From assembly GCA_022071945.1 (NCBI GenBank), contig JAJVIN010000029.1, positions 390-64,389 on the forward strand: DNA of 64,000 nucleotides, in the 5' to 3' direction. Each line of letters opens with the position of its first letter. The first letter of the stretch is position 1. A program made the position numbers and the translations under genes. The notes beneath the pieces are model-generated. The model was not told where the DNA came from. It worked only from the letters and a program-made list of their open reading frames with translations, and did not search any database. This document shows, piece after piece, positions 24,486 through 33,542 of this stretch. The stretch is from Thermoanaerobaculia bacterium (GTDB lineage: Bacteria > Acidobacteriota > Thermoanaerobaculia > UBA5066).

Positions 24486-26017
24486 CGGCGAAGGGTTCCG
24501 AGTCGAAAAGCGGCCAGATCAGGGCCCTCACGCGGGCTCTCGAGCGCGCCGAGAGCTATCCACAGTGGCTCGAGATCGCAACGGAGCTCGACCACATCGA
24601 TGGCTCCATGGCCTGGCGCGAGAACGACGCCTCCGAGTTCCTCCACGAGCGCCTCATCCGGGAGCAGATCCAAGAGTTGCGCGCCCTCCGCGAGGGCGAG
24701 GACCTCGATCAGCTGGCGGCCCTCCTTCAGGAAAGCGTCTACCGCCACCTCGGCGAGCTCAACAACCCCGAGCTCTACCTCCACGCCCGCACCGGGACCA
24801 AGTTCGTCGTGACGGACTACCTCGACGAGGTCGAGAGGGCCATGCACACTCTCGCCGAGCGGCCCATCCCCGGCATCCCAGAGAGCCGCAAGCTCGCCCT
24901 CTTCCAGCTCGCGGAGCGCGTCTATGGCCGTCCCGCCCTCGTCCTGTCCGGTGGGGCCTCCTTCGGCATCTACCACCTCGGGGTCGTCAAGGCGCTATGG
25001 GAGGCACGTCTCCTGCCCCGCATCATCTCCGGCTCCAGCATGGGTGCCATCGTCGCCGCCGCCGTCTGCAACCGGACAGATGAAGAGCTCGACACCTTCT
25101 TCGGGCAGATCACGGAGATCCACCGGCTCGCCCTGAAGTGGCGGAACCCTCGCGAGATCTGGGAAAAGGGCTCCGCCATGGACGAGAGGCAGCTCTTCTC
25201 TCACATCCTCGCCAACGTGGGAAGCGCGACCTTTCTCGAGGCGCACGCAAGGACCGGCCGCACCCTCGTCATCTCCGTCTCTCCCACTCGAACACACCAG
25301 AAGCCGCGAGTGCTCAACTACCTGACGGCCCCGGACGTCCTCATCGAGTACGCAACCCAGGCCTCGTGCGCCGTGCCCGGTCTCTTCCCGCCAGTCGCCC
25401 TCAAGGCCCGCCGTCCCGGCTTTCGGCTCGTGCCCTACATGAGCACCGAGACCTGGATCGACGGCACCGTCCACGGTGACTTGCCGCGCGAGCGCCTCGC
25501 CCGCCTCCACAACGTCAACCAGACGATCGTCAGCCAGGCCAACCCTCACGTGATCCCCTTCATCACGCACCGGCAAGAACGCGGACTCCTCGCCTTCGCC
25601 AAGCAGGCGCTCTCGTCGCTGATCCACGCCGGCAGCGCCGAGCTCCTGGACATCGGCCGGCACCTGCTCGACGGCACGCCGTTGAGCCCGCTCCTGGACC
25701 AGGCACACGCCGTTGCGGCTCAGACCTATCTCGGCGACATCAACATCCAGTTCCCCTTCCGCCCGGCGGCCTACCTCGAGGTGCTCTCGAACCCGTCCCC
25801 CGCTGATCTCGCCGCCTACGTCAGGCTCGGGGAGAAGGCCACCTGGCCCCGGATCACGATGATCCAGGATCTGACGCGCATCAGCAGGGCCTTCCACCGG
25901 TCCGTGGAGATCATCCGCAACAACCTCGAGGCAGATCCCCCGGGCAAAGCCTCGGACCGAAAGTCACGCGCCGCCTCCGGTAGGGACGGAAGCGCTCTCC
26001 CCGAGACGTTCAATTGA
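24482..26017 (+). CDS. patatin-like phospholipase family protein (TGL/DUF3336-type)
   Basis: ATG at 24482 overlaps the upstream stop by 4 nt (ATGA). GGASFG oxyanion motif and GSSMG nucleophile elbow. The longer ORF 23888.. is a spurious upstream extension. Confidence 0.75.
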   Translation: MTAKGSESKSGQIRALTRALERAESYPQWLEIATELDHIDGSMAWRENDASEFLHERLIREQIQELRALREGEDLDQLAALLQESVYRHLGELNNPELYLHARTGTKFVVTDYLDEVERAMHTLAERPIPGIPESRKLALFQLAERVYGRPALVLSGGASFGIYHLGVVKALWEARLLPRIISGSSMGAIVAAAVCNRTDEELDTFFGQITEIHRLALKWRNPREIWEKGSAMDERQLFSHILANVGSATFLEAHARTGRTLVISVSPTRTHQKPRVLNYLTAPDVLIEYATQASCAVPGLFPPVALKARRPGFRLVPYMSTETWIDGTVHGDLPRERLARLHNVNQTIVSQANPHVIPFITHRQERGLLAFAKQALSSLIHAGSAELLDIGRHLLDGTPLSPLLDQAHAVAAQTYLGDINIQFPFRPAAYLEVLSNPSPADLAAYVRLGEKATWPRITMIQDLTRISRAFHRSVEIIRNNLEADPPGKASDRKSRAASGRDGSALPETFN

Positions 26018-26072
26018 GAAGGGGCGAGGGCCCGGCCTCAGGACAGCCAGGGCCCGCGAGCCTGGCAAGGTC

Positions 26073-26966
26073 TCAGGCCGCCAGGCCCGCCCGACTCGGC
26101 TGCCTGCGGAACCAGCCCAGGATCTCGTCCCACAGCGGACGCAACGTGGGCCGGAAGTAGCCCATGTGCCCGATCGCCGGGACCCCCAGCCGTGCGGGCG
26201 AGAGGTCGACGCCCTTCCACGGGGCATTCACGTAGCCGGCCATGAAGGCGTCACGAGAGGGTGGAAGAGCCCAGAGGTCGTCGAGAGCGGTGGCCGCGAC
26301 GATGGGCGTTCTGACCCGCGCGAACTCCGCGGAGAGGTGCGGCATCGCCGGATCCTCGAAGAAGTAGCGCGGGTACGAACACCAGTGGCGCCACTGCCGG
26401 TAGACATCGAGCGGAAGATCCTCGCCCATTCCGAGCAGGCTCCAGGGCAGGTATCCCTTCCAGGCCGAGAGGACGGGCCCCATGATGCGCCACATCGTGA
26501 GCACCTTGACCCGCTCGAGGGGTGGCATCCAGCCGTGCCAGCCCGCGCCGGTCGCCATCGTGTAGAAGGCACAGACCCGTTCGTGATTCGGCAACAGACC
26601 GAAGGCGTGACCGCCGAACGAGTGGCCGACCATGAAGAGAGGGAGAGAGTCGCTCGACATCGCCGCGACCGCCGCCGCCAGGTCCAGTCGCGCCCAGTCG
26701 AGATAGTCCATCCGGAAGCCGCGCAGGCTCGCGGGGCGCGACTTTCCGATGCCGCGATAGTCGAGAGTCAGCGTGGCGAACCCCTGCCCGGCGGCGTGCT
26801 CGGCGAAGCGGCGATAGAAACCCTGCGGAACCCCGGTCGCGCCCGCGACCACGAGATGGGCAAGTGGCCTGCCTGCGGGTTCATACCGGGTCGCGGCCAG
26901 CTGAAACCCGTCCGCCGCCACGAGGGTGACGGACTCGGGACGGTTGTGTACGTGCTCGTTTCTCAT
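26073..26966 (-). CDS. alpha/beta hydrolase fold protein
   Basis: 297 aa with GHSFGG nucleophile motif. Overlaps the TetR stop by 4 nt, so likely co-transcribed. Confidence 0.75.
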   Translation of the reverse strand: MRNEHVHNRPESVTLVAADGFQLAATRYEPAGRPLAHLVVAGATGVPQGFYRRFAEHAAGQGFATLTLDYRGIGKSRPASLRGFRMDYLDWARLDLAAAVAAMSSDSLPLFMVGHSFGGHAFGLLPNHERVCAFYTMATGAGWHGWMPPLERVKVLTMWRIMGPVLSAWKGYLPWSLLGMGEDLPLDVYRQWRHWCSYPRYFFEDPAMPHLSAEFARVRTPIVAATALDDLWALPPSRDAFMAGYVNAPWKGVDLSPARLGVPAIGHMGYFRPTLRPLWDEILGWFRRQPSRAGLAA

Positions 26967-27568
26967 CGGATTCCTTTCACGGCGTCGAGCTCTGACTGGA
27001 TGAGTTGGAGAAGGGCCGAGGCCGTCTCCGTCATGGGCGCGAGACTCCCGGCCACGCGCGCCTGCATCAACGCCCCCTCGTAGGCGGAGACGATCAGCGT
27101 CGAGAGCGCGCGGGCTTTCGCCGGGACCACACCACTGGCGACGAGCGCCGAGGAGAGCCGGTCTCTTATCGCCGCGAACCCGGCCGCGATCTCGCCGCGG
27201 ATCGTCTCGTCCTCGGCGGTGGACTCGAGCGCGACCGTCGCGAGGGGACAGCCTTTCTCGAACCGCCCTTTTTCGAGCTGCTTCTCCGCCCCCGCCATCC
27301 AGGCCGAAAGGGCCGCGACGGGGTCCGCGCCGGAGGCGATCAACCTGTCGAGGGCGGACGTCAGACGGGAAACGGCGCTCTGAATCGCGGCGATCGCAAG
27401 CTCGGTCTTGCCTCCCGGAAAGTGGTGGTAGAGGACACCCTTGGGCGCCTGGGCCTCGACGAGGAGCTCACTCAGGCCCACACCGTGGTAGCCCCGCCGC
27501 TGAAGGGCATCGGACATGGCCGCGATGAGCCGGTCACGGGTTGCGGGGAGCTCCGCCGATCTCGTCAT
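26963..27568 (-). CDS. TetR/AcrR family transcriptional regulator
   Basis: 201 aa with N-terminal HTH (RRGYHGVGLSELLVEAQAPKGVLYHHFPGGKTEL). Confidence 0.85.
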   Translation of the reverse strand: MTRSAELPATRDRLIAAMSDALQRRGYHGVGLSELLVEAQAPKGVLYHHFPGGKTELAIAAIQSAVSRLTSALDRLIASGADPVAALSAWMAGAEKQLEKGRFEKGCPLATVALESTAEDETIRGEIAAGFAAIRDRLSSALVASGVVPAKARALSTLIVSAYEGALMQARVAGSLAPMTETASALLQLIQSELDAVKGIR

Positions 27569-27582
27569 GGCGGAAGAATCTA

Positions 27583-27598
27583 TAGACCGGTCGGTCTA
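27583..27598. promoter_or_regulatory. Perfect 7-2-7 palindrome TAGACCG-GT-CGGTCTA, candidate TetR operator
   Basis: Located 15 nt upstream of the TetR start codon in the tetR/MOSC divergent region. Confidence 0.5.
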
Positions 27599-27689
27599 GT
27601 GTCAAGGGGACGGGAGGAATTTTTCTCTCGCGCCGTTCACGTCAGAGTTCGTCTTCCCGAGGATCGACTCCTTCCCTCATCCTCCTCAT

Positions 27690-27729
27690 CCAGATCGAGC
27701 CGTCTCGCTCTGCTCGCTGGAGAACATCG
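27690..27729 (+). repeat. 40-nt segment duplicated (37/40) inside the MOSC coding region at 28025-28064
   Basis: ccagatcgagccgtctcgctctgctcgctggagaacatcg versus ccggatcgagccgtctcgctctactcgctggagatcatcg. Confidence 0.8.
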
Positions 27730-27862
27730 TCTCCGCCTCGTCTCCGAATGTCTGTCCCTCATCGTCCTCATGCTCTGAGGGTTCACGACGCTTCGGTAAA
27801 CCTCCCGTTGGCCCCCGCGGCGTCGACCCGCGAAAGCCGTTCGCGACGAGACCAAACCCGAA

Positions 27863-28366
27863 ATGGGGTACAACTCCCGTGTGGACTCGATCCTCTCCGC
27901 CGGAACCGTTCACAGCATCAACGTCTCGAACGGCGGCGTCCCGAAGCGGCCGGTTCTGTCTGCCGCTGTTTCCCGTTCGGGAGTCGAGGGCGACCGGCAG
28001 AACGACCTCCGGTACCACGGGGGCCCGGATCGAGCCGTCTCGCTCTACTCGCTGGAGATCATCGAGCGGCTTCGGACCGAGGGACACCCGATCGAACCTG
28101 GCTCGGCCGGAGAGAACTTGACGCTCGCCGGGGTGGACTGGCGCCTCGTGGCGCCCGGCGCTCGCCTCGAGTTCGACTCGGGGGTCGTCCTCGAGGTCGT
28201 TTCGTATTGCGTCCCGTGCGGGAAGATCCGGCCCTCCTTCGCGGACGGAAGAGTCCACCGTATCAACCAGGAAGACCACCCCGGCGAGAGCCGGGTCTAC
28301 GCACGTGTGCTTGCCGAAGGGATGCTCCGCGAGGGCGAGGGCGTCCGGGTCTGCCAGCCGGCCTGA
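27863..28366 (+). CDS. MOSC domain-containing protein
   Basis: 167 aa. GVEGD ... HGGPDRAVSLYS blocks similar to the YiiM/MOSC family. Confidence 0.8.
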   Translation: MGYNSRVDSILSAGTVHSINVSNGGVPKRPVLSAAVSRSGVEGDRQNDLRYHGGPDRAVSLYSLEIIERLRTEGHPIEPGSAGENLTLAGVDWRLVAPGARLEFDSGVVLEVVSYCVPCGKIRPSFADGRVHRINQEDHPGESRVYARVLAEGMLREGEGVRVCQPA

Positions 28367-28506
28367 AAGCATCAACCGGCAAGAACACTCCCCCCTTCGC
28401 AATTGAAGGTGCCCGGCGTCTGATGAAAGAATTGACTGTTTGGCCGGCTCTTCGACCCACCCCCTGGCAAGGCCGGCGCCGGTCACTTCGGGCAAAGGAG
28501 TAAGAG

Positions 28507-29076
28507 ATGCGAGTTCGATTCCTGGCAGCCCTTGTCTTGGCTCTGGTCCTGCCTCCGACCACCGCCTTGGCGGATGACTACGGCGACACCATCAAGGTCT
28601 TTCAGAACGCCGGAGCGAGCGCCGAGTTCTTCAAGACCGCATACGGATATGCCGTCTTCCCCTCCATCGGTAAGGCGGGCGTGGGGGTGGGCGGAGCCCG
28701 GGGAAAGGGACGCGTCTACGAACAGGGAAAGCACATCGGCGACACGACGATGACGCAGGTTTCTGTCGGCGCGCAGCTCGGCGGGCAGGCCTTCAGCCAG
28801 ATCATCTTCTTCGAGGACGCGCGGGCCTTGAAGGACTTCACGAGCGGCAACTTCGAATTCGGTGCCGAGGCCTCGGCCGTGGCGATCACCGCGGCCGCCG
28901 GCGGACAGGCGACGAGCACCGGTGCCTCGGCGGGAGCCAGCGGCGGCAAGAACGATGCGACGACCGTCGGCAAGTACCGCAAGGGGATGGCGATCTTCAC
29001 CGTGGCCAAGGGCGGCCTGATGTACCAGGCAACCGTGGGCGGCCAGAAGTTCAAGTACAAGCCCCTCAAGAAGTAG
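28507..29076 (+). CDS. secreted SYLF (Ysc84/DUF500) lipid-binding domain protein
   Basis: 189 aa with signal peptide. SYLF hallmark GxGxGG-rich blocks. Strong SD aaaggagtaagagATG. Confidence 0.75.
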   Translation: MRVRFLAALVLALVLPPTTALADDYGDTIKVFQNAGASAEFFKTAYGYAVFPSIGKAGVGVGGARGKGRVYEQGKHIGDTTMTQVSVGAQLGGQAFSQIIFFEDARALKDFTSGNFEFGAEASAVAITAAAGGQATSTGASAGASGGKNDATTVGKYRKGMAIFTVAKGGLMYQATVGGQKFKYKPLKK

Positions 29077-29144
29077 GTCGCTTCGAAGCAACGTGCGTCC
29101 GGCCCGGCGAGAGCGCGTAAACTGCCCGCCGGGAGAACGCACAC

Positions 29145-31421
29145 ATGGGATACAGGGTCGAGACCCCTTCCTCGAACGCCGGAACGTTCCTTTACCCGAT
29201 CACGTCGACAAGCGGGCGAGTTCCTGTTCGTCCAGTGAGTGAGCTGCGGCGCGGAGGCCTCGCGGCGCGCCCGGCTCTCGCTCTTGTCTGGACTCTCGTG
29301 GCGGCGGCCCTCACTGGCCCTTCAGCCGCGGCCGTTTCTCCAGGGCCACTTCCCGCGAACGTGGTGTCCGCGGGGTCTGGGTCACCCGCGGCGGTGAACA
29401 CACTGCGCGTCTACATCGCCGGGGAGAGCATCGAGAGGCGGAACCGCTGGGTCGAGGCCCCGTTTCTGCCTTCCGGGCTCCTGAACAGCCGCGGAGGCGG
29501 CGACCTCAGAAACGACAACGAGGAGTACGGCTGGATGGTCCCGATGCGCGACCGGTTGAAGCTCCGCGCGCCGGATCTCGACATCCAGTTCGTCGGTTCC
29601 GACGTGTGGGCCGATGCCGACGACAACCCCTACACCGGGACCTACCCGACCTCAACGGCTGAACCGACGTCCGCCATCTCCGGTACCACAATCCCCTCAT
29701 GGCTCGAACAGCGGCGCGAGGAGCTGGAGAGGAAGACCTTCTGCTATGACCTCGCCTTTGCCTCCCGGGGCGGGAACGACTTCGGAAACGACAATGACAC
29801 CGAATACAAGGCCCAGCTGAAGGAACTCGTTCTCCTCCTGGCGCGGGGCTCGAGCTGCCGCACCGACCCGATCGTCGTCGTCACGGCGCACATGCCGGAC
29901 GATCAGAGATGGGGTGGACCCGAAGACGAATACGTCGCCCTCGCCAAGCACCGTTTCATGCAGCGCGCCCTGGACGCGGTCAACGAGCTCAAGGTCTCCA
30001 ACCCCTCCGTTCGCGTCCGCTTCGCCGATCAGTACACCCCGTTTCTCGAGAACAAGCCGACGACCGCCTTTCCGTCGGAAACCTGGTCGACAAACGGCAT
30101 CCCCGACTACTTGAAGATCGCTCGCCACAACGACCCCTACCACCCCAGGCGTCTGTCCTGTATTTACGCGGGGGAGCTCGCCGCCGACAGCCTCGATCTC
30201 ACCGAGCTGCGCGGCCTCTTCGGCGGGGCCTCGTGCAGCGTGACCATCACGGGTCCTTCCTCCGTGTGCAGCGGCCAGAGCGTGACGCTCTCAGCCGGCA
30301 CGGAATTCGCCTCTTATCTCTGGTCGACGGGCGCCACGACCCGCGCGATCACGGTGGTGCCTTCCACGACCACGACCTACACCGTCACGGCGACGACCAC
30401 CGGCGGCTGTCAGGCCACATCCGCGCCGCACACGGTGACGGTGAATCCGCTCCCGTCCGCGGTGATCGAGGCACCGTCGAACGTCCCGGCCTCCTCGACC
30501 GGGAACACGGCATCGGTCCCGGATGCCGGGGCCGGCGCCTCCTACTCGTGGACGATCTCGGGGGGAACCATCACGGGCAACAGCTCGCTTCGCTCGGTCA
30601 CCTTCACGGCCGGCGAGACGGGCTCTGTGACCCTCAACGTGAACGTCACCTCTTCATCTGGCTGCCAGGCGGCGGGAACGAAGTCCATTCCCATCTTGGC
30701 CTCCGTGGCCGGTCCGGACCTCCTCCTTCCCGTCATCCTGGACCTCACAGGCGAAGTGGGCAGTCACTACACCACGGAGCTGACCTTCGTGTCGCGAGTC
30801 TCCTCGACGCTCGTGATCTCCCTGTCGTACGTCGCCTCCTCCGGGGGCGGGTCTGGCACGACCGAGATCGAGCTGGCTCCTGGACAGATCCGCATCATCG
30901 GGAATGCCATCGACTTCCTCCGCTCCGCCGGACTCGCGATCCCCGCCGACTCCACGAGTAAGGTCGGCTCACTCAGAGCGACGCTTCCCGCCAACCGCTC
31001 GGCGAGCGATGTGTTTCTCGGCGCGAGGACCTCGACACCGGGAGGCGGAGGCACCTATGGGCTCTTCTACCCGGCACTCGCTCTCGACCAGTCAGCCGTG
31101 TCTTCCGCGTGGATCTTTGGCCTGAGGCAGGACTCGACGATGCGGTCGAACCTCGCGGTCATCAATCGCGGAGACGCGGGCGACTCCATCACTCTTCGGA
31201 TCACCTACTACGGCAACGGAGGGGCCCGGCTCGGCGATCCGGTGGAAGTTCCCCTGGCGAGCGGTGAGTGGAAGCAGTTCGGGCGTCCCCTCGAGGCCCT
31301 CGGAGCCGCCACGGGCTACGCGAAGATCGAGAAGATCTCGGGCAACTCCCGCTTCGTGGCGTATGGAGTCCTCAACGACGCGTTCACGTCCGACGGGAGC
31401 TACATTGGAATGAGTTTCTAG
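29145..31421 (+). CDS. secreted protein: SGNH/GDSL-like hydrolase N-domain, Cys-containing Ig-like modules, C-terminal beta-rich domain
   Basis: 758 aa. GGNDF block (SGNH block III-like). Ig-like modules (SCSVTITGPSSVCSGQSVTLSAG...) paralogous to modules in the giant surface protein. True start may be internal. Confidence 0.6.
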   Translation: MGYRVETPSSNAGTFLYPITSTSGRVPVRPVSELRRGGLAARPALALVWTLVAAALTGPSAAAVSPGPLPANVVSAGSGSPAAVNTLRVYIAGESIERRNRWVEAPFLPSGLLNSRGGGDLRNDNEEYGWMVPMRDRLKLRAPDLDIQFVGSDVWADADDNPYTGTYPTSTAEPTSAISGTTIPSWLEQRREELERKTFCYDLAFASRGGNDFGNDNDTEYKAQLKELVLLLARGSSCRTDPIVVVTAHMPDDQRWGGPEDEYVALAKHRFMQRALDAVNELKVSNPSVRVRFADQYTPFLENKPTTAFPSETWSTNGIPDYLKIARHNDPYHPRRLSCIYAGELAADSLDLTELRGLFGGASCSVTITGPSSVCSGQSVTLSAGTEFASYLWSTGATTRAITVVPSTTTTYTVTATTTGGCQATSAPHTVTVNPLPSAVIEAPSNVPASSTGNTASVPDAGAGASYSWTISGGTITGNSSLRSVTFTAGETGSVTLNVNVTSSSGCQAAGTKSIPILASVAGPDLLLPVILDLTGEVGSHYTTELTFVSRVSSTLVISLSYVASSGGGSGTTEIELAPGQIRIIGNAIDFLRSAGLAIPADSTSKVGSLRATLPANRSASDVFLGARTSTPGGGGTYGLFYPALALDQSAVSSAWIFGLRQDSTMRSNLAVINRGDAGDSITLRITYYGNGGARLGDPVEVPLASGEWKQFGRPLEALGAATGYAKIEKISGNSRFVAYGVLNDAFTSDGSYIGMSF

Positions 31422-31486
31422 CGGCTTTGCGACCGTTTAGTGGCGCCGGCCCCCGCCCTCATCGGACCAGCTGCCTCCCAGGATGT

Positions 31487-31511
31487 CCCCCCGCACTCGC
31501 AAGGCGGGGGG
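31487..31511. terminator. hairpin ccccccgc-loop-gcgggggg between convergent genes
   Basis: 8-bp GC stem followed by ctcgagtttcccc. Between the + gene end (31421) and the - gene end (31625). Confidence 0.4.
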
Positions 31512-31624
31512 CTCGAGTTTCCCCATCCCTGCCGGTGGATCCAGCGTGAATCGGCCTTCTGCCGGGGGATGAATCCCTCGCTGTCCCTGGGAACTCGAGA
31601 CAGGGTCGGAATCAGTCGACCGCG

Positions 31625-32863
31625 TCACCGCCCGAGAGGCACGGCCACGATCGCCGCTGGTTTCACCGTGTCTCTATCCTGGATCGAACCGTCCGGCCGG
31701 AGCCGATCGACGTGGGAGTTCGCGATCACGAAGATCTCGTCACCCACGATCGCTCCGGTCGTGGGAATGTCGAAGGCCGGGTGGTGGTGTGACTGCAGCA
31801 CAGTGAGACCGGCGACCCGGCTGCCCGAGTCTACGAGCCCGATCCGGACCACGCGCCCCGGGTTGGGTCCATTCTGGATGCCCACCAGGTCTCCGTCGTG
31901 CCAGTAAAGGCCGTCGATGCCTCCCGTCACCGTGTCGCCGCCCTGCAGGACTCGCTCGGCCCTGCCGGTCGCGGGCTCCACGCGCATCAGACCCGTCCCT
32001 ACGGCGACGTAGACCACTCCCGCCGGAGTGGCCGTGATGCCATTGGCCGCGCGGAAGGCCCCCGGCTCACCAAGTCGCCTGAATGCGGAGTCGTTGCCCT
32101 TTCGGCGAAAGACCGAGCCGCCCCCCGAATCGGTCACGTAGAGGGTTCCGTCCGCCGCCACCGCAACGTCGTTGAGCTGCACGGCCTCGGGGATGCTCCA
32201 CTTGTCGGTCAATCTCCCGGTCCTCAGATCGTAGCGGACCACAGCATTGCGGAGTGGAGATTGCGGAGGCCGGGAATCGGCGTTCGTCGCGACGGCGAAG
32301 AGAGCGCGGCGGGCCTGATCCACCCTTATTCCCAGGACGGAATCGAGCCCGTCCTGGCGACGGGAGAGGTCGCGCGACCGGCCGTGCGAGTCCACTGCGA
32401 CGATCTTCCGGCGGGCGATGCTGCCCACATAGAACCGTCTCCCAACCGCGTCATACGCGATTCCCTCGGGAATGAGGGACGCATCGCGAAGCAGGAACCG
32501 AACGGGAGCAACCGGCGTTCTCGGTTCCTCCGCTTCGAGCCGGCCCCGAATCGCCTGAAACTCCTGGTCGGCCCAGATCTCGTCGAACCCGATTCCGCGT
32601 GCGGGGATCAGCCCGAGGCGGCGGCCGAACAGGCCCCGCAGGAGCAGGAGCGCCTCGCCTTTCTGACCCAGCCGTGCCCGGGTGGACGCGAGGTAGAAGG
32701 TCAGAAGTCCATCATCCGGCCGCTCTTGGCGGAGAGATTCCAGCCTCGCAAGCTGCGCCCGGACGGGAGCCAGCGGGTCGTCAGCGGCTGGCAGCGGGAA
32801 TGCGACCGCCAGGGCAACCACGAGTGCCGGCAGTCCTCCCTTTCGATCCGAGAGGTGGAGCAT
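31625..32863 (-). CDS. secreted SMP-30/gluconolactonase/LRE-like (NHL-type beta-propeller) protein
   Basis: 412 aa. Signal peptide plus repeated beta-propeller blade signatures (YVTDSGGGSV, GITATPAGVVYVA). Confidence 0.6.
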   Translation of the reverse strand: MLHLSDRKGGLPALVVALAVAFPLPAADDPLAPVRAQLARLESLRQERPDDGLLTFYLASTRARLGQKGEALLLLRGLFGRRLGLIPARGIGFDEIWADQEFQAIRGRLEAEEPRTPVAPVRFLLRDASLIPEGIAYDAVGRRFYVGSIARRKIVAVDSHGRSRDLSRRQDGLDSVLGIRVDQARRALFAVATNADSRPPQSPLRNAVVRYDLRTGRLTDKWSIPEAVQLNDVAVAADGTLYVTDSGGGSVFRRKGNDSAFRRLGEPGAFRAANGITATPAGVVYVAVGTGLMRVEPATGRAERVLQGGDTVTGGIDGLYWHDGDLVGIQNGPNPGRVVRIGLVDSGSRVAGLTVLQSHHHPAFDIPTTGAIVGDEIFVIANSHVDRLRPDGSIQDRDTVKPAAIVAVPLGR

Positions 32864-33033
32864 GAAGCCGGATTATGTCGTCACGCGGGCAGCGCGTGCC
32901 CAGCCGGGACGGCACCCCCTCTCCCTTCTCCCGCAGGGAGAGGGGCCCCTTCTCCCGCGCTTGCGGGAGAAGGGGCCGCGTGAGCGGCGAATGAGGGCAC
33001 CGTGTCAGGGCGCTGGGGAGGGAAGCAGCTGGC

Positions 33034-33528
33034 TCACCCGATCTCGGCGAGCACCTCGTTCAACATCACGCGCTGCCCGGGTTTCACCTTCAAGTCCCCG
33101 AACTTCCCCGCCTTCGGCGAGCCGATCGGGTTCTCCATTTTCATCGCCTCGAGAATGAACAGGATCTGCCCCGTCTCGACGGGAGTGCCCGGCTCCGCCA
33201 GGATCCGCGTGATCGTTCCCGGGATCGGAGCCCTCACCCGGCCATCCTGGCTCGCGGGCCGGACGACGCCGGTTTCCAGGTCACGAACCTCGAGCCTGTG
33301 AAGCCCCGTCGACGCGCGAAGCCAGTGGAGGTTCGTGTCCACCACCACCTCGTGCGGCCGTCCGTCGATCAGCATCCACTCGAGAGAACCCAGGTTCCCC
33401 GCCTCGGGGACGCTCACAGCCACCTGCTCTCCATTCACGAGGACTTGCCACTCGGTGCCCGCCCGCTGTCTCAGGTCGATCTCGACCTCGAAGGAGCGCC
33501 CGTCAATCACCACGCCAATCTTCGACAT
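33034..33528 (-). CDS. biotin carboxyl carrier protein (biotinyl domain, EAMKMEN)
   Basis: 164 aa. C-terminal biotinyl-lysine motif ILEAMKMENPI. Confidence 0.8.
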   Translation of the reverse strand: MSKIGVVIDGRSFEVEIDLRQRAGTEWQVLVNGEQVAVSVPEAGNLGSLEWMLIDGRPHEVVVDTNLHWLRASTGLHRLEVRDLETGVVRPASQDGRVRAPIPGTITRILAEPGTPVETGQILFILEAMKMENPIGSPKAGKFGDLKVKPGQRVMLNEVLAEIG

Positions 33529-33542
33529 CTCGCTCTCCTTCT

